From: Macrostomum hystrix
Lineage: Eukaryota > Animalia > Platyhelminthes
Assembly: GCA_950097015.1 (NCBI GenBank)
Contig: CATNEN010000001.1
Location: 16,368,001 to 16,432,000, forward strand
Direction: 5' to 3'
Length of the DNA stretch: 64,000 bases
Under the pieces are notes generated by a model. It was given only the letters and a program-made list of their open reading frames with translations. It was not told where the DNA came from and ran no database searches. Position 1 is the first letter of the stretch. Every line of letters begins with the position of its first letter. Both the position numbers and the translations under genes were made by a program. This document shows, piece after piece, positions 12,723 to 24,414 of this stretch.

Positions 12723-13586
12723 TGCTAAAAAGAGAAAAGAAATTGTATGAAAATTTGTTGAAAAAATGAAATGAAAAGTTTGAACGGTTGAAAAACGACT
12801 TAGCTTGAATGCTGATTTAGACAGAGAGAAAGATGGGTTTGAGTTGCAGTTTGACAAGATCAGAACTATAAAAACAGTTTTCAACGGCCATAAAAGCTTA
12901 TCAGTTTTAATTGCTGTACTTGACAATTTGCACCTGTAATTACACTGCGGCGGGGCAGCGGTTTAATTCTTTGTATTATGAAAGCTACTTTAATTTGATA
13001 GCTAATCAATTATTGAGATCAGTCAAATAAAAAACTTTTCTCCTGCAATAACTTATCAGTTTTGATTGGCTGAGCCTGGACTACGTGTACCTGTAACTGT
13101 TCGGACTAAGGTAGGGCAGAGGCTAAAATGGTATGTCAAAACATTGCCTTTTAATCAGATAACAGATAAATTAAGTTGGGAAAGCGAAAATTTTCTACCT
13201 GGCCATGATTCACGATCTAATTTTATGACAAATTAATTACGTTGGAAAAGCTAAACGTTTTTACTTGACCATAATCAGCTCTTAGACCTACCAGCTTTAG
13301 CGGTTGCGGTAAGTCGCCTCATTCTACAGCCAATCAGTAAAGCTCAGTAATAAATCACCACAAAGCTCACCTTTATAACTTAACACCTGATACATGCTGT
13401 ACCTGTTAGATCAAAGTCATTAAAGACTAATTTATGTAATGATAACAGCAAACAAAAATTTCAACCCACCCCGCCAAAACTGCGCTCGTGTGCCCCATAT
13501 AAGAGCTCGTAACAAGGCAGCCGCAGCTAGGCGCACATAAAGCATCATTCAATTTCTTTTTCATTAAGTTCTTTTGTTATTTGAAA
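12723..13586. promoter_or_regulatory. Putative bidirectional promoter between the RPA-like and zinc-knuckle genes
   Basis: Head-to-head ATGs ~865 bp apart. CCAAT/ATTGG boxes (~13074, ~13330), an E2F-like cccgccaaaa (~13469) and catataag (~13496) precede the plus-strand gene. Confidence 0.55.
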
Positions 13587-14068
13587 ATGAAAATTATTAA
13601 TAACGTTTACGGAGGCCTAGTTGACGGACGCCGCCGTCGCCGTGGAGGCCGAAAGGCAAAGAAAAATAGTAAATCTTTTATTTTGCCGATTTTTGTTTTG
13701 TGATCCGCAAGCTTATTTGCATTGAGGTACAACTGTTCATGTTGTTTCTCTCTTACTCAACAGTTAGCTGCTATCTTTGTGCCGGGCCGCATCCGGTCCG
13801 GCGTTGCCCGGCCCTGGCTGAGCAGCGGCAGCAGCAGCAACAGGCACCTCAGCAGCAGCAGCAGCATCATTAGAGAAAGCAGAAAAAGCAACAGCCACCT
13901 CAGCAGCAGCAGCAGCCAGCTCAGAAGCAGAAGCAGCTAGCTCAGCAGCAGCAGCCGCCAGCTCAGCAGCAGCAGCCGCCAGCTCAGCAGCAGCCTTCTC
14001 AGCAGCAGCTGCCGGATTATGAGGACGAAGAAATGTTGCTTCACTTTGCTAGTTGCTTTCCATGCTAG
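13587..14068 (+). pseudogene. Basic/Gly-rich + CCHC knuckle + poly-Q gene, copy 1 (exons 13587-13668, 13764-14068; in-frame TAG at 13871)
   Basis: MKIINNVYGGLVDGRRRRRGGRKAKKN|ISCYLCAGPHPVRRCP-polyQ...YEDEEM. It has a phase-1 intron like the other copies and a premature stop (TAG where the 43-kb copy has GAG). Confidence 0.72.
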
Positions 14069-14136
14069 TGATTTATTTGTGTCAGCAGATTAAACTGATT
14101 TAAACAGATAAATGCAAAATAACAAAAGCAAGTTAC

Positions 14137-15249
14137 TCACATCTGCTCAGCATGTGCTCCAGTGTCAGCACATGAGCTGGGGCTGTCAGCTGGCATCGAT
14201 CTCGGGCCCTTGGCTTTCTTGGCCCTCTTGGCAGGAGTTTCCTGCCAGGCTTGGGAACTCGGCATCTGTAAAGGCTTGCAAATGCTCTTGAAGTCTCGTA
14301 ACTCGTAATGTTCATGGCGCAAGAGCACGCGCACAATGGCATTAGGAGGGTGCATATTAGCCCTGAAATACTGCATCACATTACCATTGGCCTGGTAAAT
14401 GACCAGGTCAACATTAAAGCAGCGGCTCAACAAAGAGGCAACTTCGTCTGAAACATAAGTTCCTGTTTGAAAAGAGGAATTCACAATGTCATCAGCATTC
14501 TCAGGTGCGATGAGGCCATCTGCAACCAACTGTGGCATGAGTTCTGCAACACGGCAAGACAAATCCTGCCGCAAGGAGGCTGCGTCAGTTTCCAGCGAGG
14601 TTCCACGCAGCTGATCACACACAGCATAAAAGAAGCAATTGCAATCACCAATAATAGGGATTACCTGCAACTGCTCAAAGGGTACAATAGCTACCGTACC
14701 TTGCTGCTGGGTGTCAGACCTAAGTTGGCAATGCAGTGAAAATAAAGCACAGCTGCATTTACAGACTTTTTAAACCAATTGTTGGACTGCAGGTTAAATT
14801 ACTCAAATCTACAGTAAAAATCAACACTTATGAGGCGATTTAGAAAATAAACTAAATAAAACCATAATTATTTTATGTAACGTTATTTTATAGAGCCTCA
14901 TAAAACTCACGTGGAAACCAAAGCTCTACGGCGACGAATCTGCTCGGCTTCCAGTCGGGCAGCCCGCTCAGCCTCGGTCTCGGCCTCTGCGCTGAGCATC
15001 TCGCTGCCGCTGTTCCTCCAGTCGGGCAGCCCGCTCAGCCTCGGTCTCGGCCTCTCTGCGCTGAGCATCTCGCTGCCGCTGTTCCTCCAGTCGGGCAGCC
15101 CGCTCAGCCTCGGTCTCGGCCTCTCTGCGCTGAGCATCTCGCTGCCGCTGTTCCTCCAGTCGGGCAGCCCGCTCAGCCTCGGATTCAGCTTGTCGCCGTC
15201 GCTTGGCATCCCGGCTTTTCTTTAAACTGCTTGCGCCGCGTCGAACCAT
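14137..15249 (-). pseudogene. Truncated Helitron RepHel 5' part: STPR-repeat exon + OTU protease exon
   Basis: 23-aa repeats ETEAERAARLEEQRQRDAQRREA. OTU motifs GDCNCFFYAV and HEHYE. Frameshifts are present, and no Rep or helicase exons follow. Confidence 0.85.
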
Positions 15250-15849
15250 GATTGAGAATTGAAAAGTGAAATGAAATGATAAGTTGAGAAATAGTGTAAG
15301 GCTTGAAAGAGAGATAGGTTGTGAATTTGGATTTGAATTTGGATGTCTGAAGAATCAGATAAGGTGTCTTTATAACCACACTAATTTGCAAGCTATATAT
15401 CATCCCAGTGGGCTGAATTGGATCTTATCTTAAGACCTACGGTAAAAATCGATAAAACGGACCTCTGACCGCTTGAAATCTTGAAAACCGATGGAATGGG
15501 GTGTGGGCTCTCCGGCCCGTGCGTACACATTTCGGAACAAGGGGGCGGATAATGTACATTGCCTGCGCCAGCCTAAAATAGGACTTGGCTTGGGTGGGCC
15601 AGTGCGCCCAAATTTCAATATGATAGAGTCTAAGTTCAACTCTCAATAGATGCGAAATAAATGCGTCCACGGTCCACTGACCGATTACCACATCGTGATA
15701 GCCTTGAGTCTTGATGAGACTTGTATGTCACTGTTGTGCCTTGAAATATGACAGTGCTGTGCCATCGAATCAGTCATTATTGTACCTTACATAAATTTCA
15801 GTGCTTTTTTACAAATTCGGAGCCTATGTATCTTATCAATTCTAATTTC

Positions 15850-16380
15850 TGAGCTTAGATATCTATCCATTCCGAGCCTAGATTTCTATAAAAATGTTGA
15901 GCCTCGAAATCTATCAATGCTGTGCGTACATATCTAAAAAAATGTTGAGCCCAAATATGTATCGATTTTGAGCCTAGGAATCTATTAATTAATGCTGAGC
16001 CTAGATAACTATCAATGCTGATCCTAGATAACTATCAATGCTGAGCCTAGATAACTATCAATGCTGTGCCTAGATATCTATCAATGCTGAGCCTAGATAA
16101 CTATCAATGCTGAGCCTAGATAACTATCAATGCTGTGCCTAGATATCTATAAAAATGTTAAGCCTAGATAACTATCAATGCTGTGCCTAGATATCTATCA
16201 ATGCTGAGCCTAGATAACTATCAATGCTGAGCCTAGATAACTATCAATGCTGTGCCTAGATATCTATAAAAATGTTAAGCCTAGGAATCTATCAATTCTG
16301 AGCCTATATATCAATCAAATCTGAGCTTGGATATCTATCCCTTTTGAGTCTAGATTTCTATCGATTCTGAGCCTGGATTT
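15850..16380. repeat. 23-bp minisatellite type B (gagcctagataactatcaatgct)n
   Basis: Period 23 (cctag at 16023, 16046, 16069), with degenerate edges. Degenerate copies also at ~47135-47250. Confidence 0.92.
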
Positions 16381-16894
16381 GTATTTATGCTATCTGGCTG
16401 TGTCATTGTTGTGCCTGGAAAATGGTTCAAACGGTTTGGTTCGGTTCGCTACGCTCTGCTTGGAAAAAATAGTTACTTGCTGCCAAAAAAGGCCAATCAC
16501 TTGGATCATTTCAGTTCTCAGCTGTAGCCTTTTCGAGTATGCTGTGAAGCCATTTTGGCTGAAAAAACTCAATAAATAAAATAAAAAATATCTCAGTGCC
16601 GAACAGATAACAGAAGCCAGCTCAGCCTGCGCACATTGGACAGTAATTATCTCGCCAGTGGGGTTGACACAGCTATGCACATTTGGGTGAGAAATTCCTT
16701 ATCAGTACGCTCGGCTAACAAAACTGGCTCTGATGCAATCATTAAATTTGGCACTGGAGGCCTCACTATGCACAAGCTGAATAAAAAAAGCATTAGAAAA
16801 GCCTATTCAAAACAGTTTTTCGAATATTTAATCGAAATTATCCCCTTCGGGGAGCAGAAATAATTTTAATTCGTCTAGTATACACTAGAGGTAC

Positions 16895-17351
16895 ATTGAT
16901 CCCCCAGATGACAATGATCCCCCAGTTGACAATGATCCCCTAGATGACAACGATCGCCCAGTTGACAATGATCCCCCAGTTGACAATGATCCCCCAGTTG
17001 ATGATGATCCCCTAGTTGACAATGATCCCCCAGTTGATGATGATTCACGAGTTGACAATGATCCCCCAGTTGACAATGATCACCCAGTTGACAATGATCC
17101 CCCAGTTGACAATGATCCCCCAGTTGACAATGATCCCCCAGTTGATGACGATCCCCCAGTTGACAATGATCCCCCAGTTGATGATGATTCACCAGTTGAC
17201 AATGATCCCCCAGTTGATGATGATTCACCAGTTGACAATGATCCCCCAGTTGACAATGATCACCCAGTTGACAATGATAACCTAGATGACAATGATCGCC
17301 CAGTTGACAATGATCCGCCAGTTGACAATGATCTCCCAGTTGACAATGATC
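16895..17351. repeat. 18-bp minisatellite (gatcccccagttgacaat)n
   Basis: About 25 tandem units directly inside the Helitron 3' hairpin. Confidence 0.95.
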
Positions 17352-17739
17352 TATTTACATACGAAATTTTCGGTCTCGCAGTTTGCAATGTTTCGCAAGC
17401 TAGCTTATGGTTTTTTAGTCTAAACGAGGCTATGGTACGTCTCAACGATTCAGACTCTGGTTTGGCCATGATTAAAACTCTGGTTTAGCCATGATTCAGA
17501 CTCTGGTTCTGAATCTGTACATATATATCTGTTGCTTTTGTCGTTGTTAACCGGAAATTAATTTAGTTCTGTTGCATGGCAACTACTACATGTAGAGTGA
17601 GTCGACATGTAGTAGGTGGTCTTGACTTACTTGACTTAGCGGCAGGGGGCCTCCATGACGGACGCAGCGAGGAGGCGGCTGTTGCCGCCCATATCGCTAA
17701 CCCCTGGCAGCCAGACGGCCTCCAGCGAGGCGGTGCCGC

Positions 17740-20700
17740 TCAGGGTGGTCCGTCGGTCGGTTCCGCCGCGCGATCTTCCTCGCCATAGGCTGGGAAGAAA
17801 TCAGCTCGGCCGGTATCCCGGAGGAAGTGGGCGAGCTGAGGGATGTTCTCGGGCGAGCAGGCTTCGGCAAGAGTCGGTGCCGGCCCGAGGTGTTTTAGCC
17901 TAGCCCGGGTGAAGGCCGGGCAGTGGCAAATGAAATGCTCGGCGTTTTCACGGCCGGAGCAGCAGAAAGGACACGTTTCCTCAGGCACGTGGCCTTGGAG
18001 GTAGCGGTGTCTGGTGAAGCAGCCATGTCCCGAAAGGGCCATGGTGACTGCTCTCAGGTCTCTGCGGTTTAGCCTGAGTAAGGCCTTACGCAGGTTACTA
18101 GAGGGGGTTGGCACCGCAGCCCTGGACTGGCGACAGTTCAGGGTGCTGGACCACCTCCTCCGGTGCTGGGTCTCCATCCAGTGGTTGATGCTGGAGTTGA
18201 CAACGGAGGCGGGGATCGGGGATTCCGGGCCCGGGCCCATCAGGGAGCTGGCTGCTCCAGCCTTTGCAAGCTCGTCCGCCATCTCATTCCCTGTGAGCCC
18301 GGCGTGCCCAGGGATCCACATCAGCTCCACCTTGTTAGACTGCGCCAAACCGTTTAACTGGGTGTTGCAGTCCAAGGTGGTTCTGGAGCGAGAGGTGCAG
18401 CGACTGAGGGCCTTGAGGGCTGCTTGACTGTCGGAGTGAAAAAAGATCCTCCGACCAGCCAGCTGCCTCTGGCGCAGCTCAGCCGCACAGAAACTGATGG
18501 CGAGCATTTCGTTTTGGAAAACGCTTGAGCTCTTGCCACAGTGTTGGGAGTGGGTCCAGAGGACCTCGCCACCCGAGGCGACGCACACCCCGAATCCCGA
18601 TTTACCGTTCATCAGGGAGCCGTCAGTGTAACAGTGGACTGCGGGGTCATCCCAGCAGTCCTTTACCTCATTACGAGGGAAGATGCTGACTTTGTACCTG
18701 TGGCTCCGGAGTAAAGTGGCCGGGGCCCCGTCCGAAAGGATGGTGAGCCCTCCGCACTCGCCCAGAGTTTTCAGGCAGAGGTCAGAGTGGGGCAGAAGGG
18801 AGCGCTTCGAGAAGGCTCGCGAATTCTGGAAGGATACACCCGCATCAAGGAGACGACGGGTGGACTTTGCCGCTTCCCCCTTAACAAAAATGTCAATGGG
18901 TGTAGCGTTGAGGAAAGCGTTCATGCCTTCAAAGGGAGTGGAGGGTGGGGCGCCCAGCGTCATGCGACAGGCTCTGCCCTGCACCCTATAAAGCGCCTCC
19001 AGGTTTTTCTGGATGCTCATGGCACTGGCCCAGATGAGGCCAGCGTAAGCGACTGACGGTCTAATGATCGCCGTGTAAATCCACCAAAGGTTTTTGGGGG
19101 TAAGCCCCCAAGTGGTGCCCACGGCTCGCCTGACTTGCGCCAGAATGGCCAGGGCCCTCTTGGCCTTTGTGGTAATGTGCGGGGTCCAGTTAAGCCTATG
19201 GTCTAGCAGGATACCAAGGCACCGGACCTGCTTTTCCATGGCAATATTCTTGCCATAGAGAGTCAGAGGCTCAATGGTCCAGCGCAGCCTGCTGGTAAAC
19301 ATAACCGCAACGGTCTTGGACTCAGAGAGTCGGAGCCCGCATTGGTCCGCCCAGCGCACCGCCCTGTTGATAAAGCCCTGAATGAGGTCCCTGGTGGTTT
19401 CCGCCGAGGGGCCCGCGCAGATGGCGGTCACATCGTCGGCATATCCCACCTTCAGGACTGGGTCAGGCCGAGTGCTTTTTAGCAGCTCATCCATGACGAG
19501 ATTCCACAGCAGTGGGGTGAGGACGCCACCTTGGGGCCCTCCTTTTAGGACAGGTGCCGAGAGCACTCTGCCTTCGAGGTGGGCCACCACGTGGCGATTC
19601 CGGATCATGTACATGACCCAACGGACGAGGTGGGGGTGAGTGGCCCTGGAAACCAGGGCCTTCTCAAAGGCTTCGAAAATAACGTTATCGAAGGCCCCCT
19701 CAATATCAAGGAAAACAGCCAGGGCAAAACCGCTGCCCAGCACTGCCTTCTCGAGAGTCTCCACAATGCAGTGGAGGGCGCTCTCCGTGGACCGGCCCGC
19801 CCGAAAGGCGTGCTGGTTTGGTGAGAGCGGGGCCCGCCCTAGCTCTACAGTAAGAAGGCGCCAGAGCACCAGTCTTTCCATGAGCTTGAGGCAGGTGGAA
19901 GTCAAGCTTATCGGGCGATAAGACTTGACCGAGCGATAGTCGCCTTTGGCGGGCTTCGGGATGAAGACGACCCGGGCTTCATGCCACCGCGCTGGTACGT
20001 AGCCCAGCACGATGCAGGCCCGTAGAAGTCTGCAGAGGAGATGGAGGAAGCGGCCATTTTTAACCGCTTCATGCAGAAAGGCCGGATATATACCATCTGG
20101 CCCAGGTGCTTTAAAAGGATTGAATGACTTAGCCGCGCGAACGATGCGGTCATTCGTAACGAGTGACTGAGCCAGGCCCTGACCTCCACGCGAGTGGTCG
20201 TCTGGGCCGAAGTGCGCCGGTACACTCGGGAAGAAATGCCCTAGCATAAGCTCGAGCGTTTCCTCCGGGCGCTCAGTGATCGAGCCGTCCGGCTTTTTAA
20301 TCGATGAGAGCTTGGAGAAGCGGTCGTTGGTGAGCGCCTTTACCACGCGGGCCGTGGGCCGCGAGCCCTCAAGCCCTTCGCAGTATTGTCGCCACTTGTC
20401 CGCTTTTGCCCTTCTGACCCGGCCCTTAAACTCATGGATGGCGCGAGTATAGGCCTCTTTGTCATCAGGGTCGTGCGAGGTTTTCAGCTTCCTCTGGAGA
20501 GCCTTAGCTCGGCGTCTTAGGACTCCGAGCTCGGGGTTCCACCAGGGGGCCGATTTTTTGCCTTTGTAGGCTTTGAGCGGGCAAGCCATTTCGTAGGCCT
20601 CTGTGATGGCGCCGCCCAGCAGGGCAGCCACTCCATCCAGGTCCTGCGTGGTTTCCATGGCCATGGAGGGGTCAGAATCCCGAAGGCCCTCATGCAGCTT

Positions 20701-21444
20701 TTGGCTGAACGCGGGCCAGTCGGTATTTCTGACATTACGCCTCCAAATAGGCTTTTGCTTCTTATCGGGGGTGCCGATGTTGAAACGGATGAAACGGTGG
20801 TCCGAGAGCGAGCTTTCGGTCTCCCACACCTCCCACCCCAGCATCCTTGGGAGGATGCCGGGTGAGGCCAGGGTGACGTCAAGCACCTCAGCCCACCGCC
20901 CATTGTCGAAAGTGGGCGTGTTGCCCACATTGCAGAAGTTTAGAGGCGTGCCGCTGACGAAGGCCAGGAGCTCTTCGCCGCGGTCATTGATTTTTGAGCT
21001 ACCCCAGTGGGTGTGATGCGAGTTTACATCTCCCGCGAGGAGCAGCTCGAAGTTTCGTGCCCTGGCGAATTCACAGAGGGCGACGAGGGTATCGCTAACC
21101 ACGGGGGCGTCGCCTGCCAGGTAGGCGGATGCCACGAGGGTCAACTTGTTAGGCACAATGTGTGCAGATTGGATGACGCAGATGTCCCCGTTAGAGAGAT
21201 CGGGTCTCATCCACGCATTTAAGGCTTTTGCGGCATAGATCAGTGATCTAGGGCGGACAGAGTCTGCCATGCAGAAGCAGTCATAGCCAGCAGGAATGTT
21301 GCTTGGCTTGTTCTTTGATAACCAGGGCTCCTGCACAAGTACAAGGCCCGGCATCATGCGCTCTGTCGTGCGCATCAGATTGACTGATGCTGCCACGCAG
21401 TACTGGGTGTTAACTTGCAGACATGATATTCCGGGGATCATCAT
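17740..21444 (-). CDS. LINE ORF2: AP endonuclease, reverse transcriptase, RNase H, C-terminal CCHC finger
   Basis: VQEPW, GDVNSHH..WGS and SDH (APE). [26 protein letters not shown] and YADD (RT). YTDGS and [16 protein letters not shown] (RNase H). CPFC...[10 protein letters not shown]. Confidence 0.96.
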   Translation of the reverse strand: MMIPGISCLQVNTQYCVAASVNLMRTTERMMPGLVLVQEPWLSKNKPSNIPAGYDCFCMADSVRPRSLIYAAKALNAWMRPDLSNGDICVIQSAHIVPNKLTLVASAYLAGDAPVVSDTLVALCEFARARNFELLLAGDVNSHHTHWGSSKINDRGEELLAFVSGTPLNFCNVGNTPTFDNGRWAEVLDVTLASPGILPRMLGWEVWETESSLSDHRFIRFNIGTPDKKQKPIWRRNVRNTDWPAFSQKLHEGLRDSDPSMAMETTQDLDGVAALLGGAITEAYEMACPLKAYKGKKSAPWWNPELGVLRRRAKALQRKLKTSHDPDDKEAYTRAIHEFKGRVRRAKADKWRQYCEGLEGSRPTARVVKALTNDRFSKLSSIKKPDGSITERPEETLELMLGHFFPSVPAHFGPDDHSRGGQGLAQSLVTNDRIVRAAKSFNPFKAPGPDGIYPAFLHEAVKNGRFLHLLCRLLRACIVLGYVPARWHEARVVFIPKPAKGDYRSVKSYRPISLTSTCLKLMERLVLWRLLTVELGRAPLSPNQHAFRAGRSTESALHCIVETLEKAVLGSGFALAVFLDIEGAFDNVIFEAFEKALVSRATHPHLVRWVMYMIRNRHVVAHLEGRVLSAPVLKGGPQGGVLTPLLWNLVMDELLKSTRPDPVLKVGYADDVTAICAGPSAETTRDLIQGFINRAVRWADQCGLRLSESKTVAVMFTSRLRWTIEPLTLYGKNIAMEKQVRCLGILLDHRLNWTPHITTKAKRALAILAQVRRAVGTTWGLTPKNLWWIYTAIIRPSVAYAGLIWASAMSIQKNLEALYRVQGRACRMTLGAPPSTPFEGMNAFLNATPIDIFVKGEAAKSTRRLLDAGVSFQNSRAFSKRSLLPHSDLCLKTLGECGGLTILSDGAPATLLRSHRYKVSIFPRNEVKDCWDDPAVHCYTDGSLMNGKSGFGVCVASGGEVLWTHSQHCGKSSSVFQNEMLAISFCAAELRQRQLAGRRIFFHSDSQAALKALSRCTSRSRTTLDCNTQLNGLAQSNKVELMWIPGHAGLTGNEMADELAKAGAASSLMGPGPESPIPASVVNSSINHWMETQHRRRWSSTLNCRQSRAAVPTPSSNLRKALLRLNRRDLRAVTMALSGHGCFTRHRYLQGHVPEETCPFCCSGRENAEHFICHCPAFTRARLKHLGPAPTLAEACSPENIPQLAHFLRDTGRADFFPAYGEEDRAAEPTDGPP

Positions 21445-21456
21445 GCAGGCAGAGGT

Positions 21457-23004
21457 CTACTTGGAGGGTGACCCAGCCAGAAGGCGGTCCTCCTCCTCCG
21501 GGTCGATGTCGGTAGCCATGGGCTCCTCCGTGCCCAGGCCCCGAGCCGGAGACGGGAACTCGACGGCGTCAGCCGCCCAGTCCCCGCCCCCGGCCCCGAG
21601 CCCAGGCCCAGAGTCGCCCTCAACTGGAGCCGATACCGCTCCCTGGGCCGTGGGAGGGGCGCTCGAAGGGCCCTGCTCGATGGAGCTGGGCACCTCTGAG
21701 GCCTCCCCCGTAGCCCTTGGTTGCGGCGCCTGCCCCGGTGGGCCACCGCGCATCTCAGCGCGCAGCTGGGCCATCTTGGCGGTTCGCACCACCTCGGAGG
21801 CCCGCTGGAGAAGGCCCCGGCGCTTTGTGACACGCGCGGGGCGACGCTCAGAGCTGCCAGCGATGGCACGCTCTGGCCTTTTTTGGCGGGACGACTGGGC
21901 CCTGCCCCCAGTCCCAGCCTTGGGGTCCGAGGACCCTTCATTGGCCGGTACGGTGGTGGGCCCGGTCTGACCTCGGGTTTTATCCGCCTCGAAGGCGAAG
22001 ATTTTGGTCTTCCACAGACCAATGCAAATGTTGGCGCCATCTGGGTAGCGGCGTGTCCATTGCTCGGACAGGCCCAGAATGGCGGTGAAACCAGTGCCGT
22101 CGGGGCGCAGGATCGTGCGGTGCACGATCAGGCCCGCTGTCGGCAGCTCCCGGTTCATCGCGATGAGGCCCCTGCGGAGGTCCTCAGCGCTGGTGACGAC
22201 ACTTTTCGCCGGGACGAAGATACGGTGTCGCTTGGTCTTTGGTGGCTCGTTCTCCCGTAGGAACTCGAGGCCAGCCGCCCAGCTCTGCGTGGGCAGCAAC
22301 TCGAGGAGCCGCCGCCCCGATTCCGCATCGCCGGGCCAGACGACGAAGCACGATTCCCTGGTAGCGCTTGCGCCGACCGCCAGGGGCTCGCCCTTCAGTT
22401 GAAGTTGCCACAACATAGCATCTATGTTGCGGCAAATGTCGCTGAGCTGTTCGCTGCTCAGCCTTTTCCCGTCTCTGCCGGTGATGATGACGGCAGGTTG
22501 CCTACGTGCGATGGCGGCGTAGGTAGCTTGTGGTCCCGGGCCCTGTCCGGTGGCGTCCCCACCCTCGGGATCTGCGTCGGCGGTGGGCACAGGGCCCTCC
22601 GCCTCCGCTTCTCCTTCGGGCCGGGCAGCCGTCCGGATGGGCGCCGGGCCCTCCTTGGCCCGCGACCCTGGCCTCGGGGCGTCGTGGGCTCCGCCCCGTG
22701 CAGGAGCCTGGGCAGGAGGCACAAGGCCCCCCGCCCCAGCCCCCGCCCTAGGCAGAGCCCCTTCGGCCCCTCTGGCCTGGGCCTGGTCCTTGGTCAATGG
22801 AGCCGACGTGCCGTGGGCCAGCATGCGCCTACGGCGTTTTGCCGCTCCAGAGGTGGTGGAGCGCTTAGCGCCCCGGTCATCGCGCGAGTTGGGCAGCGCG
22901 GCATTTGTGGCGGTCGCGGGGCCAGCTAGCCCGGGCGCCGCAGCGTGTATGGCCTCAGGCACCATGGTGTCCTCGGCCGGAGCAGTTGAAGGGCTAGAAG
23001 CCAT
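21457..23004 (-). CDS. LINE ORF1 (gag-like; DUF4780-type)
   Basis: Open ~515-aa frame ending 12 nt before ORF2. SGAAKRRRR and TYAAIA motifs. Low-complexity flanks. First ATG at 23004. Confidence 0.85.
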   Translation of the reverse strand: MASSPSTAPAEDTMVPEAIHAAAPGLAGPATATNAALPNSRDDRGAKRSTTSGAAKRRRRMLAHGTSAPLTKDQAQARGAEGALPRAGAGAGGLVPPAQAPARGGAHDAPRPGSRAKEGPAPIRTAARPEGEAEAEGPVPTADADPEGGDATGQGPGPQATYAAIARRQPAVIITGRDGKRLSSEQLSDICRNIDAMLWQLQLKGEPLAVGASATRESCFVVWPGDAESGRRLLELLPTQSWAAGLEFLRENEPPKTKRHRIFVPAKSVVTSAEDLRRGLIAMNRELPTAGLIVHRTILRPDGTGFTAILGLSEQWTRRYPDGANICIGLWKTKIFAFEADKTRGQTGPTTVPANEGSSDPKAGTGGRAQSSRQKRPERAIAGSSERRPARVTKRRGLLQRASEVVRTAKMAQLRAEMRGGPPGQAPQPRATGEASEVPSSIEQGPSSAPPTAQGAVSAPVEGDSGPGLGAGGGDWAADAVEFPSPARGLGTEEPMATDIDPEEEDRLLAGSPSK

Positions 23005-24414
23005 TGAAAGCTGCAATGAAGAGAGGGGCTTCCTGTAGACACAGGCAGGAATAACCCGCTCAGCCGCGATCCCAAAACTGAGCGGGGGCAGCCAAAAAAG
23101 ACAAGTTACAACCCGGGGTGGGATGCCAGGACCACCGGGAGGAACCGTAAGAGACCAGACTACTCCCTGGCCAAGCGTCCATCAGCACGGTCAACACTGG
23201 GACATTGGAGGGTGCCATTGAGCCGGCGCCGAGGCCTGCGGGCTGGCCGCAAACCCTGTTAAGGTCAAAGGGTGACACCTGTCCCTCAGGGCCGTAGCCA
23301 GAGGTACCTGATCACGCACAGGTGCACGAAAATTGCGGACAAGCCACATACCCTGTTAAGGTCAAAGGGTGACACCTTTCCCTCCAGCCGGGGCTAGAGG
23401 TACCCAGTTTGGCCGGAGGCCCTGGATGGGTCATCCAGCGCTGTTGCCCATTCTGTCCGGCTGCCCTAGGGTCAGCCTTGAACACTCGCGGGACGTGTAC
23501 CCATGGGTCAGCTGACGGGACAGCGTTGGAGGGATTCCTGCACCCGAAGGTACAGGTCTCCTTCCTGCCAGGCCTGCTCAAAAAACGGCTGCAGGTGTGA
23601 GGCATCGCAGACCAAAGCCCGTGGGCCTGGACTGACTCATACCTCACAGGCACTGTGTCCCGCCGGTGCGAGCAGTAGTAGGTGGTCATTCAGAGGTGGC
23701 CCCGCTGAATGACCAGGTGCTGGTAGGTCGAAGGCTCGGAAAGGGGCTCGATGTGCTTCGCTGCTTTACCTATACTGTATACTTCTCGATCTATTATAGG
23801 CCATCTGCTCTACAGCTCTAACAACTCCAAACTACTCTAATCTAGGCCACTGCATGATATAGGAGAAAATCAGCGCATAATGTAGTTTATATCTTAAATG
23901 CATATGTCTTGTCTACGATTGGGATATGCGTAGGGCATGAGTAGGATTTGTCTAGCTGTGTTTGGTCTATCTACTAAGCAGTACTCGATCTACAATGTCG
24001 CAATTCCTCCGATTATTTTCCTATCTTTTCATTCGCGTCATTCGGAAACAAATAAATTACGAAAAGCCACAAACCTTGTGGAGCTCAGCTGTCCTGGTGC
24101 CTCAGAGCAATTGCTCTTTGTCTTTAAGTCTCTTATATTTTCTTAGTTCGCGCCTTGCCCTTACTTTCCCAAATGGCGCCCCCTTCGGACCAGCCAATGA
24201 AAAATCCAGCCCATGCCACTTGGTGGCCACATGCTACAGGTACAGTAGTTATGTCGTGTAGTTATTGTTCATGTAATAAAGCCTCTCAACCTCGCGAGCC
24301 TCTCGCACGATGTGCGGGCCACCAGAGTTGCAGGCGTCTGTTTCGATGACGATCCTTCTTGCATAGCGAGACCAAGGAAAGTAGAGCGCAACTGAAGACT
24401 GTAGGCTCCAAGCT

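Larger units (their letters stand above)
10900..16840 (-). mobile_element. Helitron unit A (non-autonomous; Rep/helicase deleted; 3' end not located)
   Basis: Carries the RPA-like gene, the zinc-knuckle gene, STPR and OTU exons, a 23-bp satellite and the Helitron 5'-subterminal sequence (16695-16830, matching 48420-48560). The left boundary is approximate. Confidence 0.75.
17622..23674 (-). mobile_element. Full-length non-LTR retrotransposon, LOA clade (R1 group)
   Basis: 13-bp TSD gtagtaggtggtc at 17609-17621 and 23675-23687. Two intact ORFs. Short (taagtcaag) 3' tail. The APE-RT-RNaseH organisation with a knuckle-less ORF1 fits LOA/Lian-type elements. Confidence 0.9.

Noticed and set aside
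16875-17285. ORFs such as (QLGDHC)n, (NWGIIV)n and (QLTMIP)n here and at 52.7-53.3 and 59.8-60.8 kb
   Set aside because: They are translations of an 18-bp satellite that is open in several frames on both strands. There is no evidence of a gene.
17560-17620. Spliced-leader RNA or hammerhead ribozyme near the LINE 3' flank
   Set aside because: ttgcatg is not followed by a GT donor or Sm site, and there is no CUGAUGA/GAAA core in a compatible fold.
18014-23038. Numerous plus-strand ORFs over the LINE (and over the BEL ORF, 53.4-59.5 kb)
   Set aside because: Antisense shadows of GC-rich coding sequence.
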